From the NCBI GenBank assembly GCA_943354475.1, contig CALRBT010000001.1, positions 101,424 to 165,423 of the forward strand: a stretch of DNA of 64,000 bases. The letters are read 5' to 3'. Source of the DNA: Parcubacteria group bacterium (GTDB lineage: Bacteria > Patescibacteriota > Minisyncoccia > Phycocordibacterales > CALRBT01). A model generated the notes under the pieces. That model saw nothing but the letters and a program-made list of their open reading frames with translations. It was not told the origin of the DNA and did not search any database. Shown piece by piece: positions 39,603 to 49,470 of the stretch (its first letter is position 1; each line of letters begins with the position of its first letter). The position numbers were made by a program, and so were the translations under genes.

Positions 39603-40346
39603 TTAATTCTGTGCTGAGGTTGTTAGGATAGTATTAATCAATCCCTTAATGGCGGAATAAGATTCAGCTCCCTCGATTGGAATTATGTCGTTACCTGTTG
39701 AAATGAGGAAGGTGTTGGGGGTACCGATTGTCCCAGCCTTGAGTCCACTTTGATAATCTGCTTCAACTTTATCTGCATGTTTTCCAGAATCTAAGCAGGA
39801 TTGAAATTCACTCTTCTCTAAACCAATTTTTACTGCAACCGTTCCAAGCTGGCTAGCGTCTAGGTTGTTATTTGATGGGGTAATGTCATAAACACTATCT
39901 ATGAAATCCCAGAAGGCGGTATTACCACCAAGCTCTGCCGCACATTCTGCAGCCTCAGCCTCTTTACGTGCTTTTGAGTGGAGCGTGTCGAGTGGGAAGT
40001 GACGATAAACCCAGGCTACAGTGCCGTCTTTGGCATAGTCTTCCATAACCTTCTTCATTGTCTTGTGGAACACTTTACAGTATGGACACTCCAAATCTGA
40101 GTATTCAATCAACACTATCTTTGCTTGAGGATTACCAAGCAAGTGATCCTCTTTTGTAACTGGATCAACTGGTGTTTTGAGATTTTGTCCATCTAAAACA
40201 GTTGCGGTATTATCACGATTGGGAGTAGTTACATGGCTTCTATTGACGAAGTAGTAGGAGCCGGCAATTAAGGCGCCTGCTAAAAGAATCGCAGTTGGAA
40301 CGTTCAGACCTTTTGATACTTTTTTTTCAGGTTCGTTTTCGTACAT
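39603..40346 (-). CDS. DsbA/BdbD-family oxidoreductase
   Basis: N-terminal TM, EYSDLECPYC, RHFPL, GTP. Confidence 0.92.
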   Translation of the reverse strand: MYENEPEKKVSKGLNVPTAILLAGALIAGSYYFVNRSHVTTPNRDNTATVLDGQNLKTPVDPVTKEDHLLGNPQAKIVLIEYSDLECPYCKVFHKTMKKVMEDYAKDGTVAWVYRHFPLDTLHSKARKEAEAAECAAELGGNTAFWDFIDSVYDITPSNNNLDASQLGTVAVKIGLEKSEFQSCLDSGKHADKVEADYQSGLKAGTIGTPNTFLISTGNDIIPIEGAESYSAIKGLINTILTTSAQN

Positions 40347-40472
40347 AGGTGAATGCGATTAAGACGTGTTGATTGAGAGTAGATTTCCTACAGTCTACCA
40401 TGTGCTGGGTATGGCTGGCAAAATGAGCAATTGAGGGCTATAATTTAAAAAATAACCAAAAAATTCAAAATA

Positions 40473-40949
40473 ATGAAAAACTTGATTGGCAAAAAAGCTA
40501 TAGATTTTAAGCTTCAGGATGAAGTGAATAAGGTACATACGCTCAAGGATTACTTGGGAAAAGTGGTCCTTCTTTATTTTTATCCAAAGGATATGACTCC
40601 TGGTTGCACGATTGAAGCTGAGGGCTTTCGCGACCACATCTCAGATTTTAAGAAGCTTGGGGTTGTTGTGTTGGGGATGAGTCCTGATTCTGTAGAATCT
40701 CATAAAAAATTCTGTGAGAAACATAAGCTCAACTTCACCCTCCTTGCTGACGTCGACCACAAGATTGCCGAAAAGTATGAAGTTTGGGTTGAAAAGAGTA
40801 TGTATGGCAAGAAATATATGGGTATCGAGCGAGATTCTTTTCTTATTGATAAGAAGGGGATTGTCGTCAAACAGTATCAAAAAGTGAAGCCTGAAGAACA
40901 TCCTGATGAGATTATTGCTGATATTAAGATTCTTAAACTAAATAAATAG
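40473..40949 (+). CDS. bcp: Peroxiredoxin BCP
   Basis: YFYPKDMTPGCTIEA. Confidence 0.93.
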   Translation: MKNLIGKKAIDFKLQDEVNKVHTLKDYLGKVVLLYFYPKDMTPGCTIEAEGFRDHISDFKKLGVVVLGMSPDSVESHKKFCEKHKLNFTLLADVDHKIAEKYEVWVEKSMYGKKYMGIERDSFLIDKKGIVVKQYQKVKPEEHPDEIIADIKILKLNK

Positions 40950-40951
40950 AA

Positions 40952-41677
40952 ATGCTTTATTTCATTGCACTTGCCGCGTTTACAGCAACTTTTTTGGGCG
41001 GATTGTTTGCATTACGGTTTAAAGATAAGCTCCATCTCATTTTGGGATTTAGTGCAGGGGCTGTTATTGCAGTCGCATTCTTTGACTTGCTACCTGAAGC
41101 ACTCGAGCTTGCAGGTGAGTCCTACGATAGTGGTTTTGTGATTAAAATTGTTGCCATAGGCTTTGTTGTTTATCTACTCCTTGATAGGTTGGTGTTTGCA
41201 CACAACCACAGTCATGATGAAGAAAGTGAAGTAGGTCATGCACATCGAGGATGGCTTGGTGCAGGTTCCCTTTCAATTCATAGTTTTCTTGATGGTGTTG
41301 CAATCGGTCTTGCTTTCCAGGTATCGAGTGCTGTCGGACTCGTGGTGACCACCGCTGTTTTGGTACATGATTTCTCTGACGGAATCAATACTGTCAATAT
41401 GATACTACGCTCAAAGGGCAACAGGCGTGAAGCATTTACATGGCTCTCTCTTGATGCTCTGGCACCAGTTCTTGGAATCTTTGCAGCCCAATTCTTCACA
41501 CTCGAAGAGTCAACACTTGGGCTAATCCTCGCACTCTTTGCTGGATTTTTCCTCTACATCGGCGCATCCGACTTGCTTCCTGAGAGTCACCACAACCACC
41601 CAACGTATTGGACAACCTTTATGACAGTTCTGGGTATGGGGGTACTGTACCTGGCGATACAAGCGGTGGGGCATTAA
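40952..41677 (+). CDS. ZIP-family metal transporter
   Basis: GFSAG, His-rich loop, HSFLDGVAIG, HDFSDG, DLLPESHH. Confidence 0.9.
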   Translation: MLYFIALAAFTATFLGGLFALRFKDKLHLILGFSAGAVIAVAFFDLLPEALELAGESYDSGFVIKIVAIGFVVYLLLDRLVFAHNHSHDEESEVGHAHRGWLGAGSLSIHSFLDGVAIGLAFQVSSAVGLVVTTAVLVHDFSDGINTVNMILRSKGNRREAFTWLSLDALAPVLGIFAAQFFTLEESTLGLILALFAGFFLYIGASDLLPESHHNHPTYWTTFMTVLGMGVLYLAIQAVGH

Positions 41678-41766
41678 GATTGGGTGGTATGTTTAAGAGA
41701 GAAGAGCAAGGCGGGTTTAAACGTTGATTCGGCGCGACCCATAGGTCGCGCCGAATTTCAAATATT

Positions 41767-42327
41767 CTATGGTTTCCAGTGGAGCCGATCAAGTTGCTTC
41801 AAAGATCTATTAATCTTTTTCATCTGATCTACTGCTCCAACCTCATCGGCGAAGCTCATCGCCTGCGACAGATAATCTTGAGCCTTCCTATAATTTTTGG
41901 TTTTGATAGCGATTTCACCCAGATGCCTGAGAATCGAGGAGAGCTGTTTTCTACCGTAATCACCCTCGGCTATAATCTCACCCTTCAGTCCATAGGCTAG
42001 CCTACAACGGTAATTAACCTCAGCGTTGGGGGTCGGCAAATAAAGCGCGATTTCAGCTAAACGCACATGGGCAAGGGCAATCTGGTGGGCCACTGGTGGC
42101 GAAACTGCCAGAGTCGCACTGAGAGCTTTTATTGCCCAAATGCGCATTTTCTGAGGATTCAGTCTTGCGTAAGGGGTGAACCTCAAAAGAAAAGCAATTC
42201 CCATATCCATCTGGGTGTGAGAAAGTGGTCGCTCGAGCATGAGCCCAAGAGCGTACTTCAGTCCAAGAAGACGACCGTGTATTTTGGCAAAAACTCCTCC
42301 TTGCCAAGTACTTCCAAAAATGTTCAT
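41767..42327 (-). CDS. Hypothetical helical/TPR-like protein (ORFan cassette)
   Basis: GAGGGAG SD, TPR-like LRHLGEIAIKTKNYRKAQDYLSQA, hairpin at 41727-41756. Confidence 0.6.
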   Translation of the reverse strand: MNIFGSTWQGGVFAKIHGRLLGLKYALGLMLERPLSHTQMDMGIAFLLRFTPYARLNPQKMRIWAIKALSATLAVSPPVAHQIALAHVRLAEIALYLPTPNAEVNYRCRLAYGLKGEIIAEGDYGRKQLSSILRHLGEIAIKTKNYRKAQDYLSQAMSFADEVGAVDQMKKINRSLKQLDRLHWKP

Positions 42328-42441
42328 TCCATTACTCCCTCAGAAGTGTGATTTTCTAGAGAGACCATAACACGATAAATACAAAAAATCTACTAACAAC
42401 ATAATCTTTGTCTGTAGGTGAAGATTATGTTGGTCTATTAT

Positions 42442-43017
42442 TTAAAACGGCAGGGTAAAGGTCATGCCACTCGCTTCGAGATTTTCCCATTCTGACGGGT
42501 CGAGTTTGATGGTCTGCATAACACCACCATCTTTGAATTTGAGCTCTTTGTTTTTTAGGGCGTAGTCGTACACTTCTTTGGTGATTTTGACGTCATCGAG
42601 GCAATATTTGCGAATCTTGTCGATCTCACCCTGACGCCACCAGGTTATTGCCTGGAGGCCATTGGCTGATTTGGCGGTGCCAAGCGTTCCTTCGGCGATA
42701 GTGTTGAGAGAAAGACGTCTGCCGAAGGAGTCTTTGATTTCTTTGAGAATATCCAGACTTTTAATTTTGGTGAGATCTCCTGGGTAGTATTTATTGAGGA
42801 TTGGGATATCAAAATGATCACTGTTGTATCCGATGAGCATATCGCAATTCTCGAGAATTGGCCAAAGTGCAGGCAACTCTTCTTCAAGATAACTTGAATA
42901 GGTGTCGGTGCTGTAATCATAAATACAAACAATGGACAAGTCCAAAAGAGATGGGTCGTTCTTTCCCACCTCTTGGAACATGTTCTTTGTTTCTATATCA
43001 AATACTATTTTTTTCAT
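42442..43017 (-). CDS. DEDD 3'-5' exonuclease (YprB/RNase_H_2-like)
   Basis: IVFDIET, IGYNSDHFDIP, YCLDDVKIT. Confidence 0.85.
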   Translation of the reverse strand: MKKIVFDIETKNMFQEVGKNDPSLLDLSIVCIYDYSTDTYSSYLEEELPALWPILENCDMLIGYNSDHFDIPILNKYYPGDLTKIKSLDILKEIKDSFGRRLSLNTIAEGTLGTAKSANGLQAITWWRQGEIDKIRKYCLDDVKITKEVYDYALKNKELKFKDGGVMQTIKLDPSEWENLEASGMTFTLPF

Positions 43018-43022
43018 GCTAA

Positions 43023-43146
43023 TGGACGTGCATAATTGGTAAATTTCGTTGTTGAAATCGTCGGTTTAGTCTTCATCATACGTCCATGTATGGTTCAGCC
43101 AAAACCTCAATTTCGCCTAGAACTTTGCTCAATTCTGCACGTCCTA
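43023..43146. repeat. Rod-shaped palindromic element, copy C
   Basis: Ends GGACGTGCA/TGCACGTCC, loop GTTGTT/GCCTA, loop TTCA/TTCA, apex TCATAC-gtccat-GTATGG. Abuts the hisS stop. Confidence 0.8.
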
Positions 43147-44382
43147 TCATATTGTTAAATGTTTTACGAAGCTCGCGATTTCTTCAGCTTTCAGCTTTGT
43201 CTCAGTGGTTGTTTTTAATTCCTTAATCTTATATTCTCCAGAGCTGATTTCTTCTTCGCCAACGACGAGCGCAAAAGGGATTTTATCTTTGTCAGCTTTC
43301 TTAAATCCATCAGCTACTTTCTTTCCCGAGTAGTCAACCACAACAGCTAGTCCTGCTTTACGTAAAGTCATAGCCAATGAAGAGGTATGTTCAAAACAAT
43401 TTTTATTGAAGGGGATAATGCAGAGATCAGTTGTTGATGTATAGGTAGGTAGAAGGTCGTAGCTTTCAAGTACCTCGCGAATCATTACGTCACCAAAACC
43501 AAAGCCGACAGCAGGAACCTTCTCTCCTCCAAAAATGGTAAGCAAATCATCATAGCGTCCACCACCAAGAATTGCTCTTCGGTTCTCTGGATTGGTGTCA
43601 AAGACTTCAAAGACAATACCTGTGTAATAATCAAAACCTCGAACAATACTTGAATCAAAGATGACGTTAGTAATTCCTGATTTTTTGAGCATTTCAATAA
43701 CCTCCAAGACTTCTCCGGAAGCTTCAGTCTTTAAACTAAATGTTTCTCCGGCAATTTCCTTGAGTTTCTGGTTGAACTCATCTACCTCCATTTTGTTCTT
43801 CTTGTCGATTAAGAGACGTAATTCTTTTTTCTTGCTTTCATCGAGACCTAGCTCCTTAGCTTCTTCATCGAGGAGTTTACGGCTATTAATCTTAATTTCA
43901 AATTGATTTTCTTTTAGTCCAAATTTTCTTAGGATATTGTAGGCAACAGAAATAACATCAGCATCAGCTTCAATACCCTCAAGTCCGAAGAGATCAACAT
44001 TTAACTGCCAGTGTTCTCGCAGGCGTCCTTTTTGAGGACGTTCATATCTAAACAGGTTGGGGATTGAATACCAGCGGAGGGGAAATGAAAGCTCACGTTT
44101 TTTGGCCGCAACCATGCGGGCAACTGTTGGTGTCATTTCTGGTCGAAGGGTGACTTCACGCTCTCCTCGGTCAGTAAAGGTGTAGGTTTGCTCGTTTACG
44201 ATTTCATCTCCTGATTTTGCACGGTAGAGCTCAGCTGGTTCGAGGATAGAAGCCCCGTATTCAACATAGCCAAAACTCTCCGAAACCTCACGGAGAACTT
44301 TGAATATGTAGTTTTGCACCGCTTGATCCTCTGGATAGAAGTCACGGACACCTTTATAAGATTCAGTGGTAAGTTTGGTCAT
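43147..44382 (-). CDS. hisS: Histidyl-tRNA synthetase
   Basis: KGVRDF, LRPEMT, FRYERPQKGRLREHWQ, VRGFDYYTG, GGGRYD. Confidence 0.97.
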   Translation of the reverse strand: MTKLTTESYKGVRDFYPEDQAVQNYIFKVLREVSESFGYVEYGASILEPAELYRAKSGDEIVNEQTYTFTDRGEREVTLRPEMTPTVARMVAAKKRELSFPLRWYSIPNLFRYERPQKGRLREHWQLNVDLFGLEGIEADADVISVAYNILRKFGLKENQFEIKINSRKLLDEEAKELGLDESKKKELRLLIDKKNKMEVDEFNQKLKEIAGETFSLKTEASGEVLEVIEMLKKSGITNVIFDSSIVRGFDYYTGIVFEVFDTNPENRRAILGGGRYDDLLTIFGGEKVPAVGFGFGDVMIREVLESYDLLPTYTSTTDLCIIPFNKNCFEHTSSLAMTLRKAGLAVVVDYSGKKVADGFKKADKDKIPFALVVGEEEISSGEYKIKELKTTTETKLKAEEIASFVKHLTI

Positions 44383-44434
44383 AAGTCATCAAATAGTACC
44401 AAAAACTTGTTATTTGGTATAGTGTTTGGATACT

Positions 44435-45238
44435 ATGCATAAGGGAAAGATTGTTACTATATATAAAGAAGAAGGGGAGACACCTCTTAAGGCACTCGAG
44501 CGATTTCGTGCCGAGAATCCAGAGTACAGGACGAGCTCCCTTATACCCACAGGGCATAAGTGTTCCCTTACCTATATCGGGAGACTCGATCCAATGGCTG
44601 AAGGACTACTCTTGATATTGATTGACGGAACAACAGAACAGCGAGAAGGGTGTCTTAATTTGGATAAAAGATACAGGGTGGAAGTCCTCTTTGGCGCCAA
44701 GAGTGATACGGGAGACATACTAGGACTCCTTGATGGTCAGGTTGAGGCGAGAGTTGTTGACGAAGGAGAGTTACGCGAACAGTTACAATTACAAGTTGGT
44801 ACCTTTACCAAACCATACCCACCTTACTCTTCAAAGCCAGTAAATGGTAACCCTCTATTTATCTGGGCCAGAGAGGGGAGACTGAGTGAAGTCAAAATTC
44901 CAACTCACATAGTGAAGATACATTCAATCGAATTAATTGCGTTCAAGAAGATGAGCGGTGAAGTATTATTGGAGGAAATCAAGACACGAGTCAGTAAGGT
45001 TGCTGGTGATTTCAGACAAGAAGAAATAAAAAAAGGATGGACTCAAAAACTTTCAAATCTTCAAGAATCAAAATTTATCTTAGCAGAGATTATTGTTTCT
45101 TGCGGTAGTGGTGCCTATATGCGAATGCTAGCTGAAGATATTGGTAAGGGGCTCGGTGTTTCTTCTTTGGCGTATCGTATCAAACGAGAATCAGTAGGGG
45201 ATTTTAGATTGGGTTCTGGGGAATCTCAACGTGGTTAA
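44435..45238 (+). CDS. truB: tRNA pseudouridine synthase TruB family
   Basis: GRLDPMAEGLL, PPYSS, CGSGAYMRMLAEDIG. Confidence 0.85.
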   Translation: MHKGKIVTIYKEEGETPLKALERFRAENPEYRTSSLIPTGHKCSLTYIGRLDPMAEGLLLILIDGTTEQREGCLNLDKRYRVEVLFGAKSDTGDILGLLDGQVEARVVDEGELREQLQLQVGTFTKPYPPYSSKPVNGNPLFIWAREGRLSEVKIPTHIVKIHSIELIAFKKMSGEVLLEEIKTRVSKVAGDFRQEEIKKGWTQKLSNLQESKFILAEIIVSCGSGAYMRMLAEDIGKGLGVSSLAYRIKRESVGDFRLGSGESQRG

Positions 45239-45719
45239 ATAATAGGTTTTGTTTTTTGGACCAGGTGAGGATATAGGGATATTCTGATGGATTAATATCA
45301 TCTGGAATAGTATAGGTTACGGTACCTGTCGTTGCTTTTACTGGACCAAGACTTTCATAGTTTGAAGCAGTGAGGTCTTTACTGAGGTAAACGTAAAGTT
45401 CACTATCTCCTTTGAAATTTAGATTTTCGTATTGAATACTGCTTCCGCCACGAGCAGGAAGGAGGCGAAGAAAGCCTGATGCAGGATGACCTACTGTTCC
45501 GGTAACTGGAAATTTTATATCTCCAATTTCAACAACAACTTCTTCATCAGGAGTAACTTGAGGGGTCTTGGAAACATTAGTGCTGGTAGTGGTTGCAGTT
45601 TCTTGAGCTTTGCTCCTCTCTTTATATTCTCTGTAAAGTGGGTAAAAACTATAGTAAGCCAATCCTAAAATAATAAGAAGGAGGATGACGATAATAATAT
45701 TTTTCGAGTTTCGACGCAT
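45204..45719 (-). CDS. Membrane-anchored DM13-domain protein
   Basis: N-terminal TM, HPASG...LYVYLS...SLGPVK...YTIPDDI...ILTW pattern. Confidence 0.7.
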   Translation of the reverse strand: MRRNSKNIIIVILLLIILGLAYYSFYPLYREYKERSKAQETATTTSTNVSKTPQVTPDEEVVVEIGDIKFPVTGTVGHPASGFLRLLPARGGSSIQYENLNFKGDSELYVYLSKDLTASNYESLGPVKATTGTVTYTIPDDINPSEYPYILTWSKKQNLLFNHVEIPQNPI

Positions 45720-45736
45720 GTATAAAAGGGTACCGC

Positions 45737-45780
45737 AAACAAACACACCCTGCAAGCAAAGCTTGCAGGGTGTGTTTGTG
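45737..45780. terminator. Long palindrome/terminator after the RRM gene
   Basis: ACAAACACACCCTGCAAGC-aaa-GCTTGCAGGGTGTGTTTGT. Confidence 0.75.
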
Positions 45781-45792
45781 GATTCGAAGAGA

Positions 45793-46083
45793 TTAGAAAT
45801 CTCTTCGAGGACCTCGTTCCTCTCTTGGTCGTGGAGGTTGTGCCTCGTTGACAGTAAGACGACGTCCTTCAAAATCTTTACCGTTAAACATCTCGATTGC
45901 TCGTTCCGCTTCTTCAAGGGTGACCATCTCAACGAAGCCATATCCTTTTGAACGACCGTTCAAACGATCTGTAATAATAGTAGCTGACTCAACGTTACCT
46001 GCTTGTGAAAAGTAGGCCTTGAGTGTATCTTCAGTACTTTCCCAAGGAATTCCTCCTACGAAAAGTTTTTTTAGCTTAACCAT
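45793..46083 (-). CDS. RRM RNA-binding protein
   Basis: RNP2 LFVGGI and RNP1 KGYGFVEM. Confidence 0.93.
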   Translation of the reverse strand: MVKLKKLFVGGIPWESTEDTLKAYFSQAGNVESATIITDRLNGRSKGYGFVEMVTLEEAERAIEMFNGKDFEGRRLTVNEAQPPRPREERGPRRDF

Positions 46084-46268
46084 TTTGATTCGTAACTAAC
46101 TTAATAAAAACAATAACGACCTCTCGTCTGATTCGTAAAGCTCTGAACCAACAAGGGTTCAGATTAACTCTAGATGTTACCCTTTTGAAAGGAGAGGTCG
46201 ACAGAGACAACCTACTTAAGAAAAGTATAGCACAAAGTTAGAGAATAGCAAGAGGGTGGAGATTGTCG

Positions 46269-46748
46269 CTAAATAACCTCACTAGCAACGGAATCTTTCT
46301 TTGGAGTTTTTCTTGGTGTAGATTTTTTCTGAAGTAGTTCGGTGATTTCGCGAATATCTTTTTCAATGAGATGTAATCTTCCAAATATCTTTGTAAGTTC
46401 GGTTTCTTCTTGGGCAATATCTTTTTCTGTTTTTTCGGCAATTCGCTTCTCATGTTTTAAACCAGAAAGCAGTATCTCATCTCCAATAAAGAATGAAACA
46501 AAGGTGCCTGTAATGAGTAGAACAAAAACACTAATTATAAAAGAAATGAGTGGATAATGAAGAAGTGGAAGTATGTCGATAATGAGCCAAACACCTCGCC
46601 AAAACATAACAATGGCAATGCCGGCGATAAGTGCATAGAGAAGTGGTCTTTGACTGAGGGCGTGCCGCACCCTATCTTCAAGTCGGTCAAAATACTTGAT
46701 TGCAGTACCGTAACTTTTCGTGAGATTTTTTTCAACTTCAGGAGGCAT
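46269..46748 (-). CDS. Hypothetical membrane protein
   Basis: Two TM segments (IVMFWRGVW) and a coiled C-terminus. Confidence 0.75.
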   Translation of the reverse strand: MPPEVEKNLTKSYGTAIKYFDRLEDRVRHALSQRPLLYALIAGIAIVMFWRGVWLIIDILPLLHYPLISFIISVFVLLITGTFVSFFIGDEILLSGLKHEKRIAEKTEKDIAQEETELTKIFGRLHLIEKDIREITELLQKKSTPRKTPKKDSVASEVI

Positions 46749-46817
46749 AAATTAATGAGCTTACTTGCAGATAAATTTTAACAGATTTGAGATTAATTTC
46801 CAGGATAATTAATCTTC

Positions 46818-47258
46818 TTATGCAACGATACTGGTGCAGTGCGAACAACGTTTTGCTTTGGCTGGAATTTCTGAAAGACAGAATGGGCAAGGAATTGAAT
46901 CAACTTCTTTTGGTGCCTCTTCACGCTTGAGACGATTGATTTGCTTGATAAGGATGAAGATAACTAACGCTACGATGAGGAACTCAACAAGTGCGTTTAT
47001 AAAAATCCCGTAGTTAATCGTGGCAACTCCCGCCACCTTTGCTTGTGCGAGGGTATCAAACTGTCGATCTGAGAGATTTATGTACAGATTTGAGAAGTCG
47101 ACATTCCCCAATAACAATCCAATCGGAGGAAGGATAATATCGTTAACTAGCGAGGTAACAATCTTGCTAAAACCAGCTCCAACAGTTAAACCAACTGCAA
47201 GATCGATAACACTACCACGTGCCAAAAATGTTCTGAATTCCTTAATGGTCGATTTCAT
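46818..47258 (-). CDS. mscL: Large-conductance mechanosensitive channel with C-terminal Zn ribbon
   Basis: [28 protein letters not shown]...CSHC. Confidence 0.93.
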   Translation of the reverse strand: MKSTIKEFRTFLARGSVIDLAVGLTVGAGFSKIVTSLVNDIILPPIGLLLGNVDFSNLYINLSDRQFDTLAQAKVAGVATINYGIFINALVEFLIVALVIFILIKQINRLKREEAPKEVDSIPCPFCLSEIPAKAKRCSHCTSIVA

Positions 47259-47328
47259 ATTTGAATAGAATCAATTTTCAACATCAAGTATGGGGTTTTT
47301 TTAGAATCTATGCAAGAGAGGTTTTAAT

Positions 47329-49452
47329 TTAGAATCCAAAAATACTACCTAATCCAAGATAGAAGTTTCCCAAGAAATCTCTCATCGAAAGACCAAGTTT
47401 TGCCAAGAATCCTTTTGGTTTAAGAGTGGTTGGTTTTGAGTCTGCATTACTTGTTGTTGTCGCTTTGGTAATAGTAGTTGTTAGTGTTTGGTTTGTTTGT
47501 GGTCTAACTACCTTTTTAATAACTTGAACTGGAGTGGTTGTCGATACAAGAGTTATTTGGTCAGTTGAAGTCCTTTCGATGAACGCGTTAATTTCCGTGA
47601 GTGCTGGCGGGGTTGTAGTTGCAACCTGCTCTGTACTTGTTGCAGTTGTTGTGGAGGTTGTTGTGCGAATTATTAATGCGTCAGATGATCCGCCACTAGA
47701 GGTAACTAGTATCGGTTTAGAGAAGTTTTTTAGAACCCCATTCCATGACAATCCCATCCCTGTTGGTATCGAATAAGCAGTTGCCCACACTCTACTATCA
47801 TTATCAGTGCTCGTTGATTCAATCCCCCCATCACTTTCCTGTAGGCTCGCAAGATAGTCGTGCGGGTTTTTATTATTCATCATCCAGCCATTGTCGATAT
47901 CTTCTTGAGGGTTGAGTGCAGAGAGTGCCGTTACTGCCCAGCTAGTCGCGGGGCTATTGCCGAAACCACCATCATTTTGTTGTCTTGTTCTAAGATAACT
48001 TTTCCCATGGTTGATAGCGTCACTGACATTTGGCAGATCACTGACAAGACTGAGTGCTTGAATCGTCGCAGAGGTAAGGTCGACACTGTCCCAAGAACCG
48101 TTACTCTCTTGCTTTGAAAGAATAAACGCAACATCGGTTTTGATTATTTGATCGGTTGAAGTATAACCAGCGTGTAGAAGTGGTATAAGTGCAAAGACAT
48201 CATCATTAAAGAGTATTGGATCACCAAACTGTGTGCCATCAAAGGAGTCTATAATCTTGCTAATATAGTTGAAGTTAGTTCCGTTGTATGGATTAACACC
48301 AAGTGCTTGAAGTGCCATAGCCCTCCTTTCGTAATCAGTCAGGAGAGCATTCTCTGTTGGTCTGTTGGTTGTGATATAGTCTTTAAGGTTTTCCTTTGCG
48401 GAGTTGCTACCATTATATGACCCAAAGGCGATCGCAACCCAGTCACTATAGAGATCAGCGCCATAGGATCCATTGGCGTGTTGTTTGCTGACAAGAAAGT
48501 TGATTGCATTTACTACGTTAATTTTATTGTGTGTCACGCCTCCGCCTCCGCCACCACCGCCAGTGTTATTATCTGGTGTAGTTGTTGCAGTAGTCGTAGC
48601 TTCTCGTAGAAACGGAGAGAGAATAATTGATTCACTTGAGACCGACCCTGCTTTGTGTACGAAGAGCGAGTAGGGAGTAGTAGTGCTCGGACTAAAGTCA
48701 AAGAGACCTGTAGTACTCGTTGCGACATCTGTACCGTTTATATTAAGGACACTGTCGGTTGCTGTGGCTAGTGTCCAAAGATTACTATCAAAGTAAAAAG
48801 CATTAAGTGTCGTGGTCGCACCGACCTCAGGGGTCATTGTTGAAGAAGTAAGTGTCAGTGGGGAGGTGTTATAGGTAATAACAAGAGTTTCATTTGGGGT
48901 GAGCGTGTGGCCATCAAGTCCTGTTGCACCTGGATTGATAGTACCAGGGGCACTATTAAACCATAGCCAGAATTTATTATTTATAAAATCAGAGATATAT
49001 TCATTGATTCCATCGATGCTGACCCCAAATGAGTACCAGGTTTTAGCCAGTGTCCAACCCATTTCTTTTGCTACTTGCTCGATTGCACAGAATCCGTTGA
49101 TAGTCGTTGTGGTTCCGGTTTCTGAATTTTGGCAAGCATGAACCATAACATCTTGGTTGTACAATTCAGCGTCATTTGCTTGAACTTTAAGCCGAATAGT
49201 TGTTGTTGGTTCTGTGGTTGTAGATGTTACTAATATTTCTGGAGTTGATGTAGACCCTTCAGTTTCAAGAATTTGATCAGTACTCGTTGATGTGGAAATA
49301 GGAGTATGGTCCTCAATAATTATATCGGTCGTTGTTGCAACTGGATCCGTCGTGGTAGCTTCATCTGCCTGTGAAAGGTTTGGAAACAGAATGAGTAAGG
49401 ATACTGTGATAGAAAGAAGGAGCCAAAGAGTGGTAGTTGTTTTTAATTTCAT
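47329..49452 (-). CDS. Secreted protein with DUF4430-like domain, alpha/alpha (prenyltransferase-repeat) barrel and Thr-rich linkers
   Basis: Signal peptide, YSFGVSIDGI...FWLWF, and repeats LVSKQHANGSYG, ILSKQESNGSW, LRTRQQNDGGFG, LASLQESDGG. Confidence 0.8.
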   Translation of the reverse strand: MKLKTTTTLWLLLSITVSLLILFPNLSQADEATTTDPVATTTDIIIEDHTPISTSTSTDQILETEGSTSTPEILVTSTTTEPTTTIRLKVQANDAELYNQDVMVHACQNSETGTTTTINGFCAIEQVAKEMGWTLAKTWYSFGVSIDGINEYISDFINNKFWLWFNSAPGTINPGATGLDGHTLTPNETLVITYNTSPLTLTSSTMTPEVGATTTLNAFYFDSNLWTLATATDSVLNINGTDVATSTTGLFDFSPSTTTPYSLFVHKAGSVSSESIILSPFLREATTTATTTPDNNTGGGGGGGGVTHNKINVVNAINFLVSKQHANGSYGADLYSDWVAIAFGSYNGSNSAKENLKDYITTNRPTENALLTDYERRAMALQALGVNPYNGTNFNYISKIIDSFDGTQFGDPILFNDDVFALIPLLHAGYTSTDQIIKTDVAFILSKQESNGSWDSVDLTSATIQALSLVSDLPNVSDAINHGKSYLRTRQQNDGGFGNSPATSWAVTALSALNPQEDIDNGWMMNNKNPHDYLASLQESDGGIESTSTDNDSRVWATAYSIPTGMGLSWNGVLKNFSKPILVTSSGGSSDALIIRTTTSTTTATSTEQVATTTPPALTEINAFIERTSTDQITLVSTTTPVQVIKKVVRPQTNQTLTTTITKATTTSNADSKPTTLKPKGFLAKLGLSMRDFLGNFYLGLGSIFGF

Positions 49453-49470
49453 AATTTATGATATTAGTTT

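Noticed and set aside
9400-43146. Integron attC array interpretation of the rod palindromes
   Set aside because: There are no RYYYAAC/GTTRRRY ends, no tandem cassette array and no intI, and the copies follow core genes.
48536-48562. Poly-Gly GGY/GGA repeat as a contingency locus
   Set aside because: Mixed synonymous codons indicate an ordinary flexible linker rather than a slippage tract.
47329-49452. Squalene-hopene cyclase call for the barrel protein
   Set aside because: It is secreted and has a single barrel with no DXDD motif. The DUF4430 domain and B12 riboswitch context favour cobalamin binding.
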